Assembly (NCBI GenBank): GCA_009924185.1
Contig: RFSC01000001.1
Location: forward strand, 1-45,041
Reading direction: 5' to 3'
DNA from: Actinomycetota bacterium
Lineage (GTDB): Bacteria; Actinomycetota; Actinomycetes; Nanopelagicales; Nanopelagicaceae
Length of the DNA: 45,041 nucleotides
This document shows, one piece after another, positions 1-8,946 of the stretch. Made by a program: the position numbers and the translations under genes. The notes under the pieces were generated by a model. The model was not told where the DNA came from. It ran no database searches and was given only the letters and a program-made list of their open reading frames with translations. Within the stretch, counting starts at the first letter, position 1. Each line of letters opens with the position of its first letter.

Positions 1-68
1 TCTTGTGCAGCCCCTGCTGAGGTTAAAGAGCCATGTGCCACTGGACATTTCGCCTCTTGATTGCTCAT
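1..68 (-). CDS. katG: catalase-peroxidase, first 22 codons only (gene runs off the left edge)
   Basis: The reverse complement of 1..68 reads MSNQEAKCPVAHGSLTSAGAAQ. A K-C-P-V-x-H-G motif close to the N terminus is typical of KatG. An AAGGGGAG Shine-Dalgarno lies just upstream (within 69..85). Only 22 residues are visible, so the family call is tentative. Confidence 0.5.
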   Translation of the reverse strand, partial: MSNQEAKCPVAHGSLTSAGAAQ

Positions 69-240
69 TTTCTCCCCTTAAATTGCCTGTCTCAACTTTT
101 TCCGATCGAGTTCGGTTAACGCCCCGAAACCTACCAATCTATTGCGTGATGAGCACTTTGAACTATTGAGCATTCAGCACTCTGAAGCTCGATTCAGACA
201 ACAATGCCAAGACCAAGCTCTCCCCTTAACAGTTACTAAA

Positions 241-2004
241 TTAGCTTCGCCGCGAAATCGGAATCGCTTTGAGGCCGCGTTTTTCCTTGACAATCATGAT
301 CTCTGGCGAATCAGTGACCTTCAAGAGATCTAGAACTTTCTGTCGGTCCCATTGACCATCCATTTCTCGACTAGATTCTTGATCGGCTTTGATTTTGCCC
401 TCCAAACCAGAACCATTCTGCAAAGCGCGCCACATTTGAACCTGACCGCCGAATTCTTGCCTTAATAGAGCCACTAACTCTTTATCTTTGGGGCCCACCA
501 AAACGATAAACCTCTCCTGCTCCGACTTTCTGACATCAACTGAACGCTCTTGGCGATAAATACTCCAGTGATACCAGCCAATTCCCGCATTTGATAACAG
601 TATTGCCAGCGCAAAACGCATCTCTCTTAGCGTCTCCATACCTAATTGATTGTTAAGCAGGTTATCAAGAAATATGAATACCGCCGTCAATAAAGAAATA
701 ACTGCTGCGACGGTTGCAACACCAAACAGCATCAAAAGAAATATGCGTCTTGTCGGTGAGGATATCTCCTCACCTCCAGTAACAACGTGAGCCTCAATTC
801 TGGACCAAAAGAAATACCAAATGGGAGCGCCGACAATTATCAAGGTGAAGGCAATCATCAATGTGTTGCTTGAACTAGTTGTCGAGACAATCTCACCTGG
901 AGTTAGAGACTCCAAAACTGCCACGATTATCATCATCAAACCAGCTGCGGCTGAAATCAAGCTAATTCCAGAAACGATGTACTCATAAACTCTTCTAATC
1001 TCATCGCGTGACTTAACGGAAGAGAGTTTGACGGAATTAACAATTCGGCCGTGGTACCACCACACCGCTAAGCCAACAACAACTCCACCCACAGCGGCGG
1101 CGCTACTATCAAAGTGCCTACTTGCCAGCTCCTCTTGCGGATCACCCACGGTCCAGACCAAGAAATCGTAGATAACTATGCTTGATGAAACTACTAGGGT
1201 TATAAAACCGCCCGCGACACCAATAAGTAGTACATACGAGTACCAAATCAACTCGCGAGCTGCATTCAAGGCTTTTGTAAGCCAGTACTGATACCAAACC
1301 GGTAAACCGACAATAATCAAGATCAGGAATTTGATTGTTGGATTAGTGCTTTGCACCAACAATGCTTTTTCATCGACATCAATACCAACTCTGGCGATAC
1401 TAGAAATCAAACCTCCTAGACCAAAACTCAAGGTTCCGAGGCCTATTAGTGAGCCGATTACATAGTGAATTCGAGCATCATCTTCTGTGCTATTGCTTTG
1501 AATCAACTGCCAATGGGTAATCCAAACTAACCCCCAAACCAAAAAGCTAGAGAGCTGCTGTCCGCTGAAAGGAGCACTGCCTATTGCCCAATTCAATACC
1601 GAATAGGCTGAGGTCATTGAAGTAACCAAAGCGGTGATAGATGTAACGGTCAGATAGGTATTCCATGCTGCTGAATGAGGTTCTGATTGATCATTATTCA
1701 GAGTGCGTCTAGTCCACAGACTTACGGCAACAAATAAAGGAATTCCAATAATCACAAAGGTTAAATCTCTAGCTAGGTCGCTTCGGCTCTCAGCAATTAC
1801 CTGGCCTGAATCAAACAACCTACCTATCAATCCGGAGGTTCCAGTTGCAGAAACAATCAATAGTCCAAACAACAAGAGGTACTGAAACAACCTACGAATT
1901 GAAAAGGTGCTTGGAGCATTACCAGAGTCCTTGGCAAACAATCTACGTGCAACAACAATGAGAATCAGTATGAAAAATAATGGAATAAGTAAGCCGAAAA
2001 TCAT
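241..2004 (-). CDS. polytopic membrane protein of unknown function: six 2-TM repeats plus a ~100-aa soluble C-terminal domain
   Basis: 587-aa ORF with about 12 hydrophobic helices arranged in pairs. Each pair ends in an aromatic motif: SLWTRR, VWITHWQL, VWYQYWL, VWWYHGR, IWYFFWS, GWYHWSI. The ATG at 2004 overlaps the upstream stop (ATGA). No family is recognised with confidence; it may be DUF5671-like. Confidence 0.7.
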   Translation of the reverse strand: MIFGLLIPLFFILILIVVARRLFAKDSGNAPSTFSIRRLFQYLLLFGLLIVSATGTSGLIGRLFDSGQVIAESRSDLARDLTFVIIGIPLFVAVSLWTRRTLNNDQSEPHSAAWNTYLTVTSITALVTSMTSAYSVLNWAIGSAPFSGQQLSSFLVWGLVWITHWQLIQSNSTEDDARIHYVIGSLIGLGTLSFGLGGLISSIARVGIDVDEKALLVQSTNPTIKFLILIIVGLPVWYQYWLTKALNAARELIWYSYVLLIGVAGGFITLVVSSSIVIYDFLVWTVGDPQEELASRHFDSSAAAVGGVVVGLAVWWYHGRIVNSVKLSSVKSRDEIRRVYEYIVSGISLISAAAGLMMIIVAVLESLTPGEIVSTTSSSNTLMIAFTLIIVGAPIWYFFWSRIEAHVVTGGEEISSPTRRIFLLMLFGVATVAAVISLLTAVFIFLDNLLNNQLGMETLREMRFALAILLSNAGIGWYHWSIYRQERSVDVRKSEQERFIVLVGPKDKELVALLRQEFGGQVQMWRALQNGSGLEGKIKADQESSREMDGQWDRQKVLDLLKVTDSPEIMIVKEKRGLKAIPISRRS

Positions 2005-2453
2005 TTATTCATCTCCCCACAGGAGTACATCGGCCAAGGAATGCCTTGAATTCTCCAGTTTCCACTCTCCTTTATCAGGCGAAAACTGTGCTTCTCTGTG
2101 TAGTAATCATCAAAAGGTCCACCTGAGGAGATATCAATCAAAGTGTCTACATACACCGTAGCTCCATCAACATCGGTCCCGCCAAGATTGACTCGCACCG
2201 ATTCAGGCATCCAACTTCGATCTAGATCGTTAGCAGAACAATCTGAGTTCACTGAAAGGTAATCAACCGCCTTATCATTTTTGCCTTCAATAGCAGCTGT
2301 TAGATAAAGCTGAACCACACCTTCTGGGGTGCTTGGCGAATAGGTTGTGTTCTCAGTTGTTGAGCTGAGATATGCCGCTACGGCCGCCAGCAAAACTGTA
2401 AACACAACTAAAACAGAAAGAACTCTTCTTGGGTCAAATACTGAATCAGCCAT
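2001..2453 (-). CDS. N-terminally membrane-anchored small protein, possibly NTF2/DUF4878-like fold
   Basis: 150-aa ORF with one N-terminal TM helix (VLSVLVVFTVLLAAVAAYL). This is followed by GVVQLYLTAAIEGKNDKAVDYLS, a pattern typical of small NTF2-like lipoprotein domains. It is translationally coupled (ATGA) to the 587-aa membrane protein. Confidence 0.6.
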   Translation of the reverse strand: MADSVFDPRRVLSVLVVFTVLLAAVAAYLSSTTENTTYSPSTPEGVVQLYLTAAIEGKNDKAVDYLSVNSDCSANDLDRSWMPESVRVNLGGTDVDGATVYVDTLIDISSGGPFDDYYTEKHSFRLIKESGNWRIQGIPWPMYSCGEMNK

Positions 2454-2459
2454 GTATCA

Positions 2460-2465
2460 ATTATC
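2460..2465 (-). promoter_or_regulatory. candidate -10 box (GATAAT on minus strand) giving a leaderless transcript for the 2453 ORF
   Basis: GATAAT ends 6 nt before the ATG at 2453 and there is no Shine-Dalgarno in between. Leaderless mRNAs are common in Actinobacteria. No good -35 box is seen. Confidence 0.3.
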
Positions 2466-2503
2466 GTCTTGTTCTTCCTTGTAGGCTCTCATTCCATACA
2501 CAT

Positions 2504-2533
2504 TTGACCCGCAATTTCAGGGTTTATTAATAT
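2504..2533 (+). promoter_or_regulatory. candidate sigma-70-type promoter (TTGACC, 18-nt spacer, TAATAT) giving a leaderless trhO transcript
   Basis: TTGACC lies at 2504..2509 and TAATAT at 2528..2533. The -10 box ends 6 nt before the ATG at 2540 with no SD. Confidence 0.35.
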
Positions 2534-2539
2534 GGGGCT

Positions 2540-3442
2540 ATGGCAGTTCACAAGATCATCCTCTACTACGGGTTTGCTCCTGTGACCGATCCAGAAGCGG
2601 TCCGTCTTTGGCAAAACACTCTTTGTGAATCCTTGAATTTAAAGGGCCGTATTTTGATTTCAAAACATGGAATCAACGGCACCCTAGGTGGCACCTTGGT
2701 GGATTTAAAGCGGTATATAAAAGCCACAAAGCAGTATCCAGGATTTAAGAAAATTGATTTCAAATGGTCAGAAGGAACCGGAAAAGATTTCCCTCGGCTT
2801 AGTGTTAAGGCGCGTCAAGAGTTAGTCGCCTTCGGAGTACCTGAAGACCTAAAGGTAGATGAAGCAGGCGTTATTGGTGGCGGTAAGCACCTGAAGCCAA
2901 AAGAGGTAAACAAGCTTGCAGCTGAACTTGGTGATGATTTAGTTTTCTTTGATGGTCGCAATGCCTACGAAGCGAAAATTGGTAAATTCAAGAACGCTGT
3001 TGTTCCAGATGTTCGAACCACAAAGGACTTTATCTCCGAGCTTGATAGCGGAAAGTATGACCATTTAAAGAACAAGACAATCGTCACTTATTGCACAGGT
3101 GGAATCCGTTGTGAAATTCTGACAACTGTGATGAAGCAGCGTGGATTCAATGAGGTATATCAAATTGAAGGTGGCATCGTTAGGTATGGTGAAAAATACG
3201 GTGACCAAGGTTTGTGGGAGGGCTCTCTCTATACCTTTGATGGCCGCAAAACCGTGGACTTTTCAAACACGACACCAGTTATCGGCAAGTGCGATGTTTG
3301 CCATTCAGCGACCAAAACTTTCTACAACTGTGCTAATGATTTTTGCCATAATCAGTACCTGCTTTGCGATACATGTGTTAGCGATTCAAAGAATCTGAAA
3401 TGCACACATGACAATGCAAAGCAGCCCTCAAATGTTGAGTAA
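2540..3442 (+). CDS. trhO: rhodanese-domain tRNA uridine(34) hydroxylase (UPF0176/YceA family)
   Basis: The N terminus (ILYYGFAPV...HGINGTLGG) and the rhodanese active-site loop YCTGGIRCE match the family. A Cys-rich C-terminal tail is present (CDVCH...C...C...CDTC). Confidence 0.85.
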   Translation: MAVHKIILYYGFAPVTDPEAVRLWQNTLCESLNLKGRILISKHGINGTLGGTLVDLKRYIKATKQYPGFKKIDFKWSEGTGKDFPRLSVKARQELVAFGVPEDLKVDEAGVIGGGKHLKPKEVNKLAAELGDDLVFFDGRNAYEAKIGKFKNAVVPDVRTTKDFISELDSGKYDHLKNKTIVTYCTGGIRCEILTTVMKQRGFNEVYQIEGGIVRYGEKYGDQGLWEGSLYTFDGRKTVDFSNTTPVIGKCDVCHSATKTFYNCANDFCHNQYLLCDTCVSDSKNLKCTHDNAKQPSNVE

Positions 3443-3505
3443 AACCTTCAGCAAAACCTTGCGTAATAAGTTAAGAAAAAACATAGATTAAGGCGCTGCG
3501 AAAAA

Positions 3506-4318
3506 ATGCCAGCTAAGGAGAAATCACTTCGTAAATCTCCCCAAGACTCAGACCATAAATACTCCAGAGGAGTGGTTGCGGTAGTCGCAGGTTCGGCACG
3601 TTACCCAGGGGCAGCTTTATTGGCGGTTGGTGGAGCACGTCGCGGTAGCGCCGGTTATGTAAAGTTTTTTGCTAAATCTGGAGAGATAGCCAAAATGGTG
3701 GTGCAGAACTTTCCTGATGTAGTTCCCATAAAGAACTTAGCAAATGAAAAAATCGATGCTCTGGTGGTTGGCCCCGGAGCAGTTTCCTTGCGCTCTCTCC
3801 CCAGTCTCATTCCTGTGGTCCTTGATGGGGCAGCTATGTCACTGGCGGTCACCAGCAAGACAAAACGCTTTGGAAATAAGAGCAAAGAACAGATAATTGT
3901 TTTGACGCCTCACGAAGGTGAGTTGCAGAAACTTGGTTACAAAATCTCTCACAACCAAACAAACAAAGTAACTTCGGCTCAGATTGAAAAAACCCGCCTA
4001 GCCGTGGCACAAAAAGTTGCTGAAGATTTACAGGCAATCGTTGTCCTAAAAGGCAAGCGAACCGTTATTGCAGCACCAGATAGAAAGCCCATAATCGATT
4101 TGATGGGTGGTCCAGAGTTGGCAACCGCCGGATCCGGTGACATTTTGGCGGGATTAATCGGCGCTTTTCTCGCCAGCTGGAGACCGACAGAACTCGAAGC
4201 TGCACAAAAGGTTGTAGCCGCTGCCGTTAAATTGCACTCTAAGGCGGGCAAACATGCCAAGCGAACCCACTCGAACGTTGTTGCCACTGACATTCTTGAG
4301 TCCCTCGCACACTGCTGA
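3506..4318 (+). CDS. nnrD: ADP-dependent NAD(P)H-hydrate dehydratase (stand-alone YjeF C-terminal domain)
   Basis: Shows KYSRGVVAVVAGSARYPGAALLA and GSGDILAGLIGAFLA motifs of the carbohydrate-kinase-like NnrD family. At 270 aa it has no epimerase domain. Confidence 0.8.
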   Translation: MPAKEKSLRKSPQDSDHKYSRGVVAVVAGSARYPGAALLAVGGARRGSAGYVKFFAKSGEIAKMVVQNFPDVVPIKNLANEKIDALVVGPGAVSLRSLPSLIPVVLDGAAMSLAVTSKTKRFGNKSKEQIIVLTPHEGELQKLGYKISHNQTNKVTSAQIEKTRLAVAQKVAEDLQAIVVLKGKRTVIAAPDRKPIIDLMGGPELATAGSGDILAGLIGAFLASWRPTELEAAQKVVAAAVKLHSKAGKHAKRTHSNVVATDILESLAHC

Positions 4319-4330
4319 TTAGATTGGGGC

Positions 4331-5692
4331 ATGTCCGAGTTCATCCCAAATCCAGCACGTGGCAAAGAAGTATTTGATCTAGATCGTAAACATGTTTTTC
4401 ACTCCTGGTCGGCCCAATCTCAGATCTCGCCATTGCCCGTTGCGACTGGAAAAGGCTCTTACTTTTGGGATTTTGATGGCAAGAGATATTTAGATTTTTC
4501 CTGTCAATTGGTTTTTACCAACATCGGGTTTCAACACCCCAAAGTTGTCTCCGCTATTCAAAAGCAGGCGGAGCTTCTTTCTACTGTTGCACCACAAGTC
4601 GCTAATGACGCTAGAGGCGAGGCAGCAAAAAGGATTGTTGAACTAGCAGGAGATCGCCACGAGAAGGTGTTTTTTACAAATGGTGGTGCAGATGGTGTTG
4701 AAAACGCTATCCGAATGGCGAGAATACACACCGGAAGACACAAAGTGCTCTCCTTCTATCGCTCATATCATGGCAATACAAGCACCGCTATCACGGCTAC
4801 CGGAGATCCAAGACGCTGGCCCAATGAGTTTGCTTACGGACATGTTCACTTCTTCGGCCCGTACGCCTATCGCAGCGCATTCTGGTCACAAAACGAAGAA
4901 GAAGAGTGTCAGCGCGCTCTCGAGCATCTCGAAAATGTAATCATCTTTGAAGGTCCACAAACTGTTGCTGCAATATTGATTGAATCTGTAGTTGGAACCG
5001 CAGGTGTTTTGATTCCGCCACCAGGATATTTAGAGGGTGTGCGCGCTTTGTGTGACAAGTATGGAATTCTCTGGATCGCAGATGAGGTTATGTCTGGCTT
5101 CGGAAGAACTGGAAAGTGGTTTGGCTATCAACACTCATCCGCCGAGCCTGATCTCATAGTCTTTGCCAAAGGCGTTAACTCGGGTTATGTACCACTTGGT
5201 GGAGTTGTTATCTCTGGCGCAATTTCTGCAACATTCAATGATCGAGTTTTCCCTGGTGGGCTTACCTATTCTGGGCATCCTCTAGCCTGCGCAGCAGCTG
5301 TAGCAACTATCGATGTGATGAAGGAAGAGAAGATTGTTGAACATGCTGCAGATATGGGAAGCCGAGTAATTGGCCCAGCATTACGGGAATTAGCTAAGAA
5401 ACACTCTGTAATTGGCGAGGTACGTGGCCTTGGAGTTTTCTGGGCTCTTGATCTGGTTAAAGATCGCAGCACAAGAGAACCTTTGGCCCCGTATGCCAGC
5501 TCCAGTCCTGCGATGAATGAATTGGTCGCAGAGTGCAAAAAACTTGGCTTGATGCCTTTCACTAACTTCAACCGGATGCATGTTGTACCTCCCTGCAATA
5601 TCTCGGAAGCCGAGTTTGCTGAAGGTATTGAGATTTTGGATAAAGCCTTTACATTGATTGGTAAGCACTACACCGGTACAGATAAAAAGTAG
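4331..5692 (+). CDS. class-III PLP aminotransferase (omega-amino acid:pyruvate / beta-alanine-pyruvate type)
   Basis: 453 aa with DEVMSGFGRTGKWF and the FAKG PLP-lysine region typical of class-III transaminases. Substrate is inferred only from the adjacent mmsA. Confidence 0.8.
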   Translation: MSEFIPNPARGKEVFDLDRKHVFHSWSAQSQISPLPVATGKGSYFWDFDGKRYLDFSCQLVFTNIGFQHPKVVSAIQKQAELLSTVAPQVANDARGEAAKRIVELAGDRHEKVFFTNGGADGVENAIRMARIHTGRHKVLSFYRSYHGNTSTAITATGDPRRWPNEFAYGHVHFFGPYAYRSAFWSQNEEEECQRALEHLENVIIFEGPQTVAAILIESVVGTAGVLIPPPGYLEGVRALCDKYGILWIADEVMSGFGRTGKWFGYQHSSAEPDLIVFAKGVNSGYVPLGGVVISGAISATFNDRVFPGGLTYSGHPLACAAAVATIDVMKEEKIVEHAADMGSRVIGPALRELAKKHSVIGEVRGLGVFWALDLVKDRSTREPLAPYASSSPAMNELVAECKKLGLMPFTNFNRMHVVPPCNISEAEFAEGIEILDKAFTLIGKHYTGTDKK

Positions 5693-5704
5693 ATCGGGAA
5701 AACA

Positions 5705-7204
5705 ATGACTGAAGCAAAGCGAATTACTCATTTCATAAATGGCGCATATTGGAGCCAACCCGCCCAACGTACCGGTGATGTTTACAACCCAGCTTTGGGA
5801 CAGGTAACTGCAAAGGTAGATTTTGCAACGGTCGAGGTGGTTGATCACGCGGTTGAAGTTGCCTCCAAGGCTCAGCAAGAGTGGCGCAACGCCTCGCTAG
5901 CCAAGAGGACTCAGGTGCTTTTCGCGTTCCGAGAAATTCTCAACTCACGCAAAGAGGAGATTGCCAAGTTAATTACTGCAGAGCATGGCAAAGTTTTATC
6001 TGATGCTCTTGGTGAGGTAACCCGAGGTCTTGAGGTAGTGGAGTTCGCCTGCGGTATTCCCCATCTACTTAAGGGCTCTTATTCAGAAGGGGCTTCAACC
6101 AGTATTGATGTTTACTCCATCCGCCAACCGCTCGGTGTCTGCGCCATCATTTCGCCATTTAACTTCCCTGCCATGGTTCCAATGTGGTTCTTCCCTATTG
6201 CGATTGCAGCTGGTAATTCAGTAGTTATCAAGCCCAGCGAGAAGGATCCATCAGCGGTCAACTTGATCGCAGAGTTCTGGAAAGCGGCTGGTTTGCCTGA
6301 TGGTGTCTTCAATGTAATCCATGGTGACAAAGTGGCGGTTGATAGATTGCTTGAGCATCCAGGAGTATCTTCAATCTCATTTGTTGGCTCAACCCCAATT
6401 GCAAAATACATTTATGAAAATGGCACCAAGAACGGCAAGCGGGTGCAAGCACTCGGTGGCGCCAAAAACCATATGTTGGTATTGCCAGATGCTGATTTAG
6501 ATTTAGCGGCAGATGCTGCTGTTAACGCAGGGTTTGGCTCTGCTGGAGAGCGTTGCATGGCAATCTCTGCCTTGGTCGCGGTCGAGCCAATTGCTGATGC
6601 ATTGATTGCAAAGATTTCCGAGAGAATGAGTGGTTTGAAAACCGGTGATGGAACCGCTGGAAGCGACATGGGTCCATTAGTAACCGCGGTACATCGTGAC
6701 AAGGTTGCCTCTTATGTTGATGCAGGTGTACGTGAAGGTGCAAAGCTTGTTGTTGATGGTAGAAATCCAAAGGTTAATGGAGCTGCTGAAGGTTTTTGGC
6801 TGGGACCAACTTTGTTTGATCAGGTAACTCCCGAGATGAGCATTTATCAAGAAGAGATTTTTGGTCCAGTTCTTTCGGTAATCCGGGTCAATAGCTATGA
6901 GGAAGGCTTGGCATTAATCAATCGCCATCAATATGGAAATGGCACAGCAATCTTCACTAATGACGGTGGAGCCGCTCGCAAGTTCCAAAATGAAGTGCAG
7001 GTAGGAATGGTGGGAATCAATGTTCCAATTCCGGTGCCAACCGCCTATTACTCATTTGGCGGCTGGAAAAACTCATTGTTTGGCGATACCCATGCTCACG
7101 GAACTGAAGGGGTGCACTTTTTCACCCGCGGCAAAGTTGTAACCAGTCGCTGGCTAGATCCCAGCCACGGTGGAATTAACCTCGGTTTCCCCCAAAACCG
7201 TTAG
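5705..7204 (+). CDS. mmsA: CoA-acylating methylmalonate/malonate-semialdehyde dehydrogenase
   Basis: 499-aa aldehyde dehydrogenase with the catalytic-Cys context GSAGERCMAISA. The C terminus (YSFGGWKNSLFGD...GVHFFT) is characteristic of MmsA. Confidence 0.85.
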   Translation: MTEAKRITHFINGAYWSQPAQRTGDVYNPALGQVTAKVDFATVEVVDHAVEVASKAQQEWRNASLAKRTQVLFAFREILNSRKEEIAKLITAEHGKVLSDALGEVTRGLEVVEFACGIPHLLKGSYSEGASTSIDVYSIRQPLGVCAIISPFNFPAMVPMWFFPIAIAAGNSVVIKPSEKDPSAVNLIAEFWKAAGLPDGVFNVIHGDKVAVDRLLEHPGVSSISFVGSTPIAKYIYENGTKNGKRVQALGGAKNHMLVLPDADLDLAADAAVNAGFGSAGERCMAISALVAVEPIADALIAKISERMSGLKTGDGTAGSDMGPLVTAVHRDKVASYVDAGVREGAKLVVDGRNPKVNGAAEGFWLGPTLFDQVTPEMSIYQEEIFGPVLSVIRVNSYEEGLALINRHQYGNGTAIFTNDGGAARKFQNEVQVGMVGINVPIPVPTAYYSFGGWKNSLFGDTHAHGTEGVHFFTRGKVVTSRWLDPSHGGINLGFPQNR

Positions 7205-7658
7205 CCACTTTCAGTAGCTCTAAGGCGGCTACTGCTGCATCAAAGCCTTTGTCCTCTTTGCTGCCTGAGATACCGCTTCTAGCTGTTGCTTGATCAACAT
7301 CATCAACCGTTAAAACTCCGAAACCAATTGGTTTGTTGCGCTCAAGTGAGACCTTCATGACTCCATCAGTTACACCTTGGCATACATAATCAAAGTGCGG
7401 GGTCTCTCCCCTAACTACGACACCAAGTACTACGGCAGCATCAAATCCAGCATCCAGCGCATACTGCGCAGCCAGCGGCAGTTCGAAGGAGCCTGGTACA
7501 TAAACCACCGGCTCAATCTTTACCTTTGCTGCATCTAGCGCTCGGTGCGCTCCTGCAACTAGGGCGTCACAAATCTCTTTATGCCAACTAGCAGAGATGA
7601 CCGCAACTCGAAAGCCGCTCATATCTTCTAATTTAATCGCCGGAGCTACCCCTGCCAT
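7176..7658 (-). CDS. ribH: 6,7-dimethyl-8-ribityllumazine synthase
   Basis: 160-aa lumazine synthase-like sequence (FRVAVISASWHKEI..., ETPHFDYVC), last gene of the rib operon. AAGGAG SD upstream of the ATG at 7658. Its 3' end overlaps mmsA by 29 nt. Confidence 0.9.
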   Translation of the reverse strand: MAGVAPAIKLEDMSGFRVAVISASWHKEICDALVAGAHRALDAAKVKIEPVVYVPGSFELPLAAQYALDAGFDAAVVLGVVVRGETPHFDYVCQGVTDGVMKVSLERNKPIGFGVLTVDDVDQATARSGISGSKEDKGFDAAVAALELLKVANGFGGNRG

Positions 7659-7677
7659 TGTCTCTTCTCCTTCACTC

Positions 7678-8946
7678 TTAACGGTGTCCTAATCTCTCCT
7701 GTTTAGTCTTGATGTATCTTTCATTGAAATCATTTACCTCTCCAGGTAGCGGAATACTCTCCGCCTGGATTCCCGCACTCTTCAAACTCTTTAACTTTTC
7801 TGGGTTATTGGTCAGTAGCTCCACTTGTTTTACACCTAACAGCCTCAATACTTCGACCGCGTCATCAAACTCTCGCTCATCAACATCATGACCTAAAGCC
7901 AGGTTTGCTTCAACAGTATCTAACCCCTGATCCTGTAATTGATAAGCCCTAATCTTCTCAGCCAGACCAATTCCTCTGCCCTCTTGATCACGAAGATAAA
8001 CAACAACTCCACTACCTGCAGATTCAATGAGCTTTAAAGAGGTGTTTAATTGAGAACCACAATCACAACGCAAAGAGCCAAGCACATCACCCGTAAGGCA
8101 TTCGGAATGGATTCTCACCAGGGTTGGTTTTGCAATTGATATTTCGCCAAGTTGAAGAATGGCATGATCAACACCACCCCGGCCGATGTAGCTAGAAATC
8201 CTCCAATTTGCTGCCCCTTTATCTTGAGCTGAGGTCCTAGGAAGTAAAGCCCAGTGGAGCTTTTGCGCTGCATCATTTCCTACAGCACCTTGCACCTTAT
8301 TGCCTGATTCCACAACATCACTTGCGCTCTTACTTAAAAGTTCAAGATTAATTCGCTCAAGTAAAGATGCGATGGTCACAATCGGAATATCGTGATGTTT
8401 TGAAAACTCTTGGAGCTCCACCCCGCGCATCATGGAGCCATCCTCATTAACTAGCTCGCTAATTACCCCGACTTCGCTGGCGCCAACCATGCGGCACATT
8501 TCAACAACCGCTTCAGTGTGACCCTGTCTGGCCAAGAGACCATTCTCGTTTGCAACAAGAGGAAATATATGGCCCGGACGTACAAAATCCTCAGCGGTCG
8601 CAGAGGTATCACCTAACGCTTTGATGGTTATGGCCCGTTCCTCAGCGCTGATTCCAGTAGTGATTCCATGTTTAGCATCGACAGTTACGGTAAATGCAGT
8701 GCGCTTGTTATCTTGATTGTTCTTTACCATTAACGGCAGATGCAACTGACGTGATCTTGCCTCCGTCATAGCAACACATACAACGCCGGATGTGTATCGG
8801 ATCATGAAAGCCAACTTCTCAGTGGTTGCAGCGCTGGCCAAAAGGAACAGGTCGCCCTCATTTTCGCGGCCCTCATCATCTGTAACAATTACAAAACCGC
8901 CATTTTGAAAGAGTTTCAAAGCTGCATCAAGTTGAGGATTTGTCAT
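7678..8946 (-). CDS. ribBA: bifunctional 3,4-dihydroxy-2-butanone-4-phosphate synthase / GTP cyclohydrolase II
   Basis: GRENEGDLF (DHBP synthase) and HSECLTGDVLGSLRCDCGSQL (GTP cyclohydrolase II zinc site). ATGA overlap with the ribE stop. Confidence 0.95.
   Translation of the reverse strand: MTNPQLDAALKLFQNGGFVIVTDDEGRENEGDLFLLASAATTEKLAFMIRYTSGVVCVAMTEARSRQLHLPLMVKNNQDNKRTAFTVTVDAKHGITTGISAEERAITIKALGDTSATAEDFVRPGHIFPLVANENGLLARQGHTEAVVEMCRMVGASEVGVISELVNEDGSMMRGVELQEFSKHHDIPIVTIASLLERINLELLSKSASDVVESGNKVQGAVGNDAAQKLHWALLPRTSAQDKGAANWRISSYIGRGGVDHAILQLGEISIAKPTLVRIHSECLTGDVLGSLRCDCGSQLNTSLKLIESAGSGVVVYLRDQEGRGIGLAEKIRAYQLQDQGLDTVEANLALGHDVDEREFDDAVEVLRLLGVKQVELLTNNPEKLKSLKSAGIQAESIPLPGEVNDFNERYIKTKQERLGHR

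Noticed and set aside
142-333. 63-aa plus-strand ORF in the katG-upstream spacer
   Set aside because: It overlaps the 3' end of the strongly supported 587-aa minus-strand gene. It has no SD and no recognisable motif.
3979-4365. Long antisense shadow ORFs inside well-supported genes (also 5390..5878, 16963..17313, 18195..18539, 18774..19130, 34183..34632, 37175..37585, 43019..44327)
   Set aside because: Each lies wholly opposite a gene with strong family motifs. Their products are low-complexity, Ser/Arg/Pro-rich or otherwise non-native, and they have no SD.
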